Part shown: positions 32,701 through 39,419 of the stretch, in pieces | Numbering within the stretch: position 1 is the stretch's first letter | How the letters are laid out: every line of letters begins with the position of its first letter | Source: Lenisia limosa | Lineage: Eukaryota > Protista > Breviatea | Assembly: GCA_001655205.1 (NCBI GenBank) | Contig: LPNZ01008434.1 | Location: 1-39,419 of the forward strand | Reading direction: 5' to 3' | Length of the DNA: 39,419 nucleotides | Translations under genes and position numbers: made by a program | The notes under the pieces: generated by a model | The model's input: the letters and a program-made list of their open reading frames with translations, nothing else | Database searches by the model: none | Told to the model about the DNA's origin: nothing

Positions 32701-35700
32701 CGAGGAAGTACACCAGCCTTGACACCACGATTAACAAACATTTGTCCGTTACGAGTCGCTACAAGAGTCAACAGAACAGCCTGCTAACTGTGTATCCTTC
32801 CTTTCGCCGCTTCGAGAGCTTCTTTAGTGAGAGTGTACACTGAACACCCTAATCTCTTTGAAGACTCCAGATTGGCTGCTCCAAGACACGTGGAATAACT
32901 GGGAATTAGGATTGGCCTACACAAACCATAAGTTATAGGCAATCATCATCGATGGGTAAAGGCTCCTGAAATCGAGGACAACCACAGGATCAGTGTAATA
33001 CTTTGATTTCGGCTCGAGAACCAGAGCAATGGACGCAGCTGCAGGCTGACTCGCCACCTTTGTCGTTAGCATTGACCAAGCTTACCTGCGCTCGGGAGGG
33101 TGAACTCAGAAGATATCCCGCTTGCAGCGCTATCCGGGCCAATAATGACTCAATACGGATCTAGTAATGATGATAGTCAATCTAAATCCAACCTGACTTC
33201 CTCTTGAAATGAGAAGGAAGAATGGCAATCCTGACACTCTGCTGAACTCACTATAATGATAAGATCATTCATAACAATGAAAGATATCTACCTTGTTCGG
33301 TCAAACAGATTAACCTTGTCAACTAGCTTAATACTAAATTCGATACAACGAAATATATACTCAGACACCCATGGGATCCTAAACAAGTCAATGTACCTTC
33401 GACCCTACATTTGCTGTTCCCCCTGGTAGCTTGAAATGAGAAGAGAGGACAACACCCATGGTGGAACCAACGGGAACCTACACAATAAAATGAACTCAAC
33501 CGAGAAGGGAATCCTGAGATTCTAGCTTTATTACTTTGATGACATGCAGGTTGACTATAACCTAAAGCAAAAAGAAGAAAAAATAGTAACCGAGAAACAT
33601 AAAACAAGGATGCATGTGAGTGCTGAGATACTTGCAATAGTCCCTCTTGTAAATAGACTATCAATTAGGGGCCGTTCAAGTATAAGAATTTTACGTAACT
33701 ACGTTAAGTTTTTATAAGTTCGCTTTCGGGTTCCAAAATAATAAAAATTTTACGATTTATAAGTACCTCTAAAAAATAGGCGTAAAAATTTTACGTAAAT
33801 TTAGTATAAAAACGGTACCTTAGACTTCAATACCGTTCATCATCCTCTAAAAGTGTTTCATATCAAGAATGTTTCCCGAATAATTAGGAATGTCAAGAGG
33901 AAGCAAACTTTCCCAGGAGACAAAATCGTGCAATGTATGAATGGAGATTTCACTATTAATGAATGAGTGTAACTAGGCTAATGAGCGGGCAGTGTGGACG
34001 AGGAAAATACAGCAACATGGAGATAAAGACATTTTTCTTTCTTCTTTTTTTGCCAACTATTCTTTTTGCCTTTAATATGAAGATTTTACTTTTAAGGAAG
34101 GTTAAAGATAATATTCCCTGACCCAGATGATTGCATTTTTTTTTTTTTCTAAAAGAAAGAAGAAAAAAAAAAAGAAAAAAAAAANNNNNNNNNNNNNNNN
34201 NNNNNNNNNNNNNNNNNNNNNNNNNNNNNNNNNNNNNNNNNNNNNNNNNNNATACAAAATCCTGAAAACATTTAACTGCCGATGATAGTTCTTCTCGACA
34301 CATGGTGATTAAAGTATTCCTAAAATTATTGTCCAAAAAATTTGTTACACTGAATATTTTCCGAAAAATACATTTTTTTTGTCCTTTCAAATTTTTTGTT
34401 TTTTAGAATACACACCGAATCATGAACAATAAATTTTACTGTTTCAAATTGTAAGAGAGATGGTTATGTGGTAGCCCCTTGTTTACTTACTTCCATATTA
34501 TGGACTTCATTTCATCTGGTTTAACTAGTTAATTCTGGAAAAAAAATTGAAGTAATTATTTGGAGTAGTTAAGGCCCCGGAAGTGGGGAGGGTAGAGAGG
34601 GGTCTTTACCAGATTTATGATAAAGCAGCTGTTGTTGTTAGCCAATGCTTGCAAATTGACATGGGGACGGATTGTTTTATTGTTTTTTTTCTGTTTTCGG
34701 ATAAATATACATTTTCTGTTCTTTCAAAATTTTGGCACTTCCTGAATATTATTTATGGATCATCAAGTGTGATCGTGAAGTCCTCCTGTTTCTGTCGTTT
34801 TCTGTGGGTGGGTGTTTTGTGCAGCTCCCTGTATTTCATTCAATCTGTTTGTTTCTTAAAAATATGATTGTTTTTTTGGTATCCCTATGTATTTATTTGT
34901 TTTATCTTTTGTTGAAAAAATAATGATACCCTTTTTCAAAATCAAGAGGAGAGAGAAAGATATGATTTGATATTATGTGTGAGTATTCTAATGTAACACC
35001 AAAAAAGTACACCACAAACGTTTGGTGGCACACATGAAACAGAAGGGACGGGAGAGAGTAGTTGGTCAGAGCCACCTCGTTGCGCATCATTCGCCATAGG
35101 TTGACAACAATTCGGCCTTGTGGTGTCAGTGGGTTGCGGCTTTCATAGTGTCCATTCCAATCCCGAAAAGAATGGTAATTGCGTGTTGCCCTACCCGGAA
35201 GGTCAATGCCTGACGCTTGGTTTAGACCCCATTCGTCGGGACGGTCACTGAACGCATTGGTTGATGTTGATGTTGTGGGGCCTCCAGGGGGCATTGGTCC
35301 GCGCGCTGTCGGCACTGCTGCGATAGTTTTTGTAAGTTAGGGTCTTCATCAATCCCAGATTCGGCTGAATTTCTATTCTCAGACCAAAGTCAAGTAGGCC
35401 CCGTACCGTGATCGTCGGTTGGAGGGGCGTAAGATTTGAAGCAAAAAGGGTCCGTTGGCGGAGAGAAAAACGGACTAGAGGATCAGAGCAAAGCTGCCCC
35501 TACGTATCGCGGAAGATTGTTCGACTCATCAATTTCCTGAGCGGCAAGCCCAGGGACATGCCTCTATTCAGGATATAACCCAGGCCAGACTGCTGAATTT
35601 CCCATGAAACCACAATGTCGGGATCGACGTCAACAAAGAACCGAGTAAAAGCCAGCAGCATTTCAGCCTCCGAAGTAAAGCTACTCACTTTGTCGCCTGG

Positions 35701-38700
35701 ATGGGATTATCAAACACAAGGCAAACATGAGACTGTCGGAAGGCTACGCTTGAAATGATTGAGAAAAAACACTCTTGTTGAGAACTGATCAGAGTTTGAA
35801 GAGAACAGCGGACCATCCTTCAGCCTGAGAGGTTAAAAATTGGTACTTTTATCTATCGCCATTCTCTACCACATCCCAGTACATTGCAGTTGCATCCACT
35901 CCATGGACAGTGAAAATGGCCAATATCGGGTCAACCTGGTGTGAACTGCTACATCCATTCCGAGCAAACGATACCACTTCAACGTAGAGAGAGCCGAAGA
36001 ATTGCGGCGGCTGAAAGTGAGAATGATATCCTTCGTACCAGTACACTGTGGACTTCACCCGGTAGAGGAACGAGAGATGACACTTTGTACTTCTTTCCTT
36101 GCGGAGTAATCTGAAACATTAGTCAGCTTATTAAAAAAGGGGGGTTTCAACTGGTTTCTGGTGGTGTGTATGAGTATATGATATGTGTATAACAATTCCA
36201 ACAATTTGTGCTTGTTTTCAAAAATTAATAAGATCATGACTAAGTACTAAAAAATTCCTCAAACCTGTGATCTTTGTTTGATTGGAGTCCTCATAGTGGA
36301 CGGTGTTGCAAATGTCTTCACGTCACGAGGCGAGTCTGAGCTGGAAAAGAGTTTTAGCTTCTCTGAAGGGATTGACTGCGGGCTTTTGAAAGTGGGTGAC
36401 ACCTTTTTCAAAGGAGATTTCTTGGCCACTATCAGGTTCTTTTTGGGTGTGGCCAAATCAGGCCGAAGCTGAGTTTGCATGAAGGTTTTGCGAGGTATCA
36501 CCTGGACAGTTAGCCCTGGCAAGCAGTACCTCACCTTTGCCGCGCTCTCAGAAACACGTTTTTCCATTTTCAAGTCGGCCATCACTTGGAACCTCCCGGG
36601 GGGAAGGCGAAGAGGACAGAACCGCCTAAAACATCACACTATGACACCGAATTACCCATTGAATTGCTGCGGAGTTTCAGGGTGGGGGAGTGTCAGACGA
36701 GTCCCAGGTGTCAAAGATTTGGTGTGAGCAGTGAATGGGCCAAGATATCGTCTGGAGTTACTGGTGCCTCTATGTACCCTGAAGTGTCAAAAATCGAGTT
36801 GACCACTGGCACAGACTTAGCAAATCTTGTGAACGGTGGCGGGACTGTGCTTTCAACACTGTAAACTGCAGGAGGAGCCTCCTCACCAATCGCACAAACT
36901 TCTGAGTACTTCGGAGGATTTTTCATAAACTTCAATCGCTATGGGGTTAAAAGAAGCAAATTGGATAAAAACAAATAGTCTCCAACCCACATATAAATAA
37001 CAGTCTTTTTCGATTGTGAACCGATCTGGGTTCAAGGACTGGCTTTCTAACGCATCGCAAGCTTCATGAATCTCCCTTGCTTGAGAGAGCAAAAGGTGGT
37101 CCACAACATCAGGAGAATCAGAGGGGTCTTGGAGAGGAGAGTAATCCCTTGCCAAAGGTGAGCACATGGATAAGTCAGCATCATCTAGCCTGCTTATCTC
37201 GTGTTGACTGCTGGGCTCTAAAGGGATAGGAAGAGCATCAACGTGATAGAGAGGAGGCTGGTATCCTCGCACATCGGGAGAAACAAATACATCCAACTCG
37301 TCATTGGAAAGAGCAAGAGACATATCAGAGTCTGATGTGCTAGTTGGAGTGGGAAGGATGGGGGTCCGGAAAATGACTTCTTCCTCAGTACTCTCACACG
37401 TCAACACAATATGCTCTTCTTTTGGCTGGCTTTGTGGCCGTGTACTTGCTATTGGTGGATTGGGAGTGCAGTAGTGGTTATTGATGACGGCCACGTCAGA
37501 AAACACTGTCAGCAGCCCGGTCATTATCTTGTGCGATCTCAACCGGGTCAAGTCTCGGCAGGACGGCGCTTCAAGGACGGGCAGGCTGCCTCGATCGACG
37601 TCAATGGAGAGGAAGTCGGAAGAGCTGGAGAAGCTCACGGGTTCCTGTGAAATAGGTCTGTCAGGGGAGTCTTCTGCCTGGGTTGTGAAATCAGCTGAAG
37701 ACTGCCAGGTGGAATTGGTCTGCGGGGAGCTGGGAGGAGATTCAACCGAAGCTGGTACCTGGGACAAAGATGACGGGATGGTGAGACTTGGTCCTTTTGG
37801 CTCTTGGCCAAAAAAGAGCTTTCTTGCACTAACAGCCCGTTTCGGGTTATCTGCTCGATTGCGCTTGTGCGACTCACGGAGGCCAACAATCGGAGTTTTG
37901 AAAGAGGACCTTGGTGCAGGGCGTTGGGGAGTGATGTCCTTGGTCAAGCTGGCCCAGTTGTTGCGAATGGTTTTTGGAAGGACTTCGACAGTCGGCGGCT
38001 CTTTGATTGCCACGTCAACAGACAGGCTGGTAACAATGTCAGGAATTTGGCTCGGAGGCTTTGTTAGCGAGGGGTCGGCAAAACAAACGGTTTTTTTCAT
38101 TGGTGTCTCTCGATTAGGTTCAGAGGGCTTTGCATGCTTCGAAGGAGACTGATGAATTCCTTCAGGTGAAGAGGGTTCACCCTAGTCATGGGTGAGAAAA
38201 GGGGACAGCTTACCATTGGAATATCAACAGAGGGCCTCAGCGCGGTTTTTGTGATAAGGAAATCGGCCTAATTATTAGCTTAATAGCAACAAAGCCTACT
38301 TGCGAAGCCATAATGTCAGTACATTCAGCAAGGTTTTCATCATCAGACGAGGAGCCCTCCGAGTCCAATTCTTGAAGCTCATCCAGGTGATCATTAGCAG
38401 CGGGTGGCGATGCAGTCATAACCAAGGGGTTTGGTATGGGAATGGGCAGCAGTGGAGACTTATCAACTCTGAGAGACCTCTGGGAAGGTCCAGCTGGAGA
38501 GGCTTGTGGAGAGTCCGTGTGTTTCAAAAGAAGAAAAACGTCATCAGCAAGGGATTGGCTGACACTTGGTGACGACTGCCTTCGTGGAGTATCGGCTACA
38601 TCCTTGTCTAGAAACATGAGAATAATACTTAACGTTAATACCATTGGGACTTTCAAAGAATAAGCGCCTTGGCAGTGTTGGTGCTGGGGACTGGTTCTGG

Positions 38701-39419
38701 ATAGCGTCAGTTGGTAGCAGATTGAGCCTACTTGGTTCTCCACCCAGAATGCCATTGCCGCCGCCGCCAAGGGTCGTGGCGGGGTGCACACCGGGGTTCC
38801 GACTTCGGCTTCCAAGGCTGTCACAGTGTTGCGGAAGGAGACTGAATGTCCGGAGGGCGTATTGAAGGCACAAAAATGTGAAGTGGCCCGAGAACCTGGA
38901 GTCATGAGTACAACTTTTGTCACAACAAAACAGTTGCTATTTGTGACATCACCACCCATCAAAAAAGGCAGATTATAATATGGAGGTTAAGTAAATATCG
39001 TAGGTAGAAATCAGACCAAAGCATTTTGTCTTCATCAGGTTTGAATAGGTCTTTCTCAAGTTTATTTTGTAAAACAACGCACTTATCCAATTTCTGCATT
39101 CATAGTTTCAGATTTCAATCAAAACACAATATAAAAATCAACTGGAACTGAGTATTGTAATTACAAAAGTTAAACCGTAATAAAATTTGTAATTTATTTT
39201 TAAAAAAAGGGAAACAAACTACATTGGATGATGGCCCAACCCCCATCCCTGATCTTATGGTACACTCATAGCAGATAATACGTACCAAATAATGGGGAAT
39301 ACGGGGACTGCGATAATTTTTCTTGAGTAAGAGGGGGAACGGACCTGGCTACACAGTGAGACTAAATCCAGAGCATACCCAGTTGTGATAGGGGACTAAA
39401 TCCAGAGCATACCCAGTTG
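29752..39419 (-). CDS. REV3: DNA polymerase zeta catalytic subunit REV3, multi-exon; the 5' end probably lies beyond the window
   Basis: DPDIVVSWEIQ, DEWG...GRIVVNLWRMMRNEVAL, DRTSEFSR...RGSQIRIESLL, VVLDFRSLYPSMMIAYNL, KLLANTTYGYTAAGFSGRMPC, LGAPNFCERVP, CysA CVVC...CGVC and CysB CRTC...CQNLTCPVLF. Large S/P-rich insert at ~36260-38600. Confidence 0.93.
33665..33822. mobile_element. Degenerate Tourist/PIF-Harbinger-like MITE (~152 bp) in a REV3 intron
   Basis: TTA on both flanks (33665-33667, 33820-33822). Imperfect ~30-bp TIRs GGGGCCGTTCAAGTATAAGAATTTTACGTAA and the reverse complement GGTACCGTTTTTATACTAAATTTACGTAA. AATTTTACG occurs three times internally. Confidence 0.5.
39360..39419. repeat. 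26-bp direct repeat, period 34, at the window end
   Basis: GACTAAATCCAGAGCATACCCAGTTG at 39360-39385 and 39394-39419. Confidence 0.85.

Noticed and set aside
34017-34121. Signal-peptide-like mini-ORF MEIKTFFFLLFLPTILFAF... nested in the REV3 intron
   Set aside because: The F/L richness is explained by poly-T tracts, it stops after 34 codons, and no convincing splice continuation was found.
807-34251. Seven N-runs (807-937, 1089-1238, 1819-1976, 7526-7657, 23665-23721, 31954-32012, 34185-34251), several next to poly-C, poly-G or poly-A
   Set aside because: Assembly gaps, probably homopolymer or G-tract dropouts; ORFs containing X-runs are artefacts.
37481-38152. 223-aa + strand ORF (also 38300-38978 and similar)
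   Set aside because: Antisense shadow of the large S/P-rich REV3 exons; no recognisable domain.
39360-39419. CRISPR-like repeat-spacer
   Set aside because: Eukaryotic context, only two copies, an 8-nt spacer and no cas genes.

Overview
Compact, intron-rich eukaryotic nuclear DNA with the standard genetic code, mostly short GT-AG introns and seven N-gaps. It probably comes from a flagellated, anaerobe-capable protist (inference from CFAP36, a PFL-activating enzyme and a mitochondrial pyruvate carrier). I spliced thirteen protein genes by hand: RMT2-like methyltransferase (partial), PFL-activating enzyme with an extra N-terminal domain, V-ATPase G, CFAP36, an SP-rich orphan, MPC2-like carrier, RPAP1, NOP10, a PQQ-repeat-like membrane protein, USP36/42, a coiled-coil orphan, MePCE/Bin3 and REV3 (partial). 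The most interesting signals are non-coding. NOP10 intron 1 holds a box C/D RNA whose guide predicts U6 Am47 (mgU6-47/SNORD7-like), directly followed by an ACA-tailed hairpin. Several unusually long introns contain long inverted repeats, notably a ~324-nt foldback in the MePCE intron. Protein oddities: a ubiquitin/PB1-like domain on PFL-AE, an archaeal-like Cys/His zinc knuckle in NOP10, and a ~94-aa insert in the REV3 CysB Fe-S motif. Exon boundaries were called by eye, no database search was run, and family calls rest on recalled motifs.
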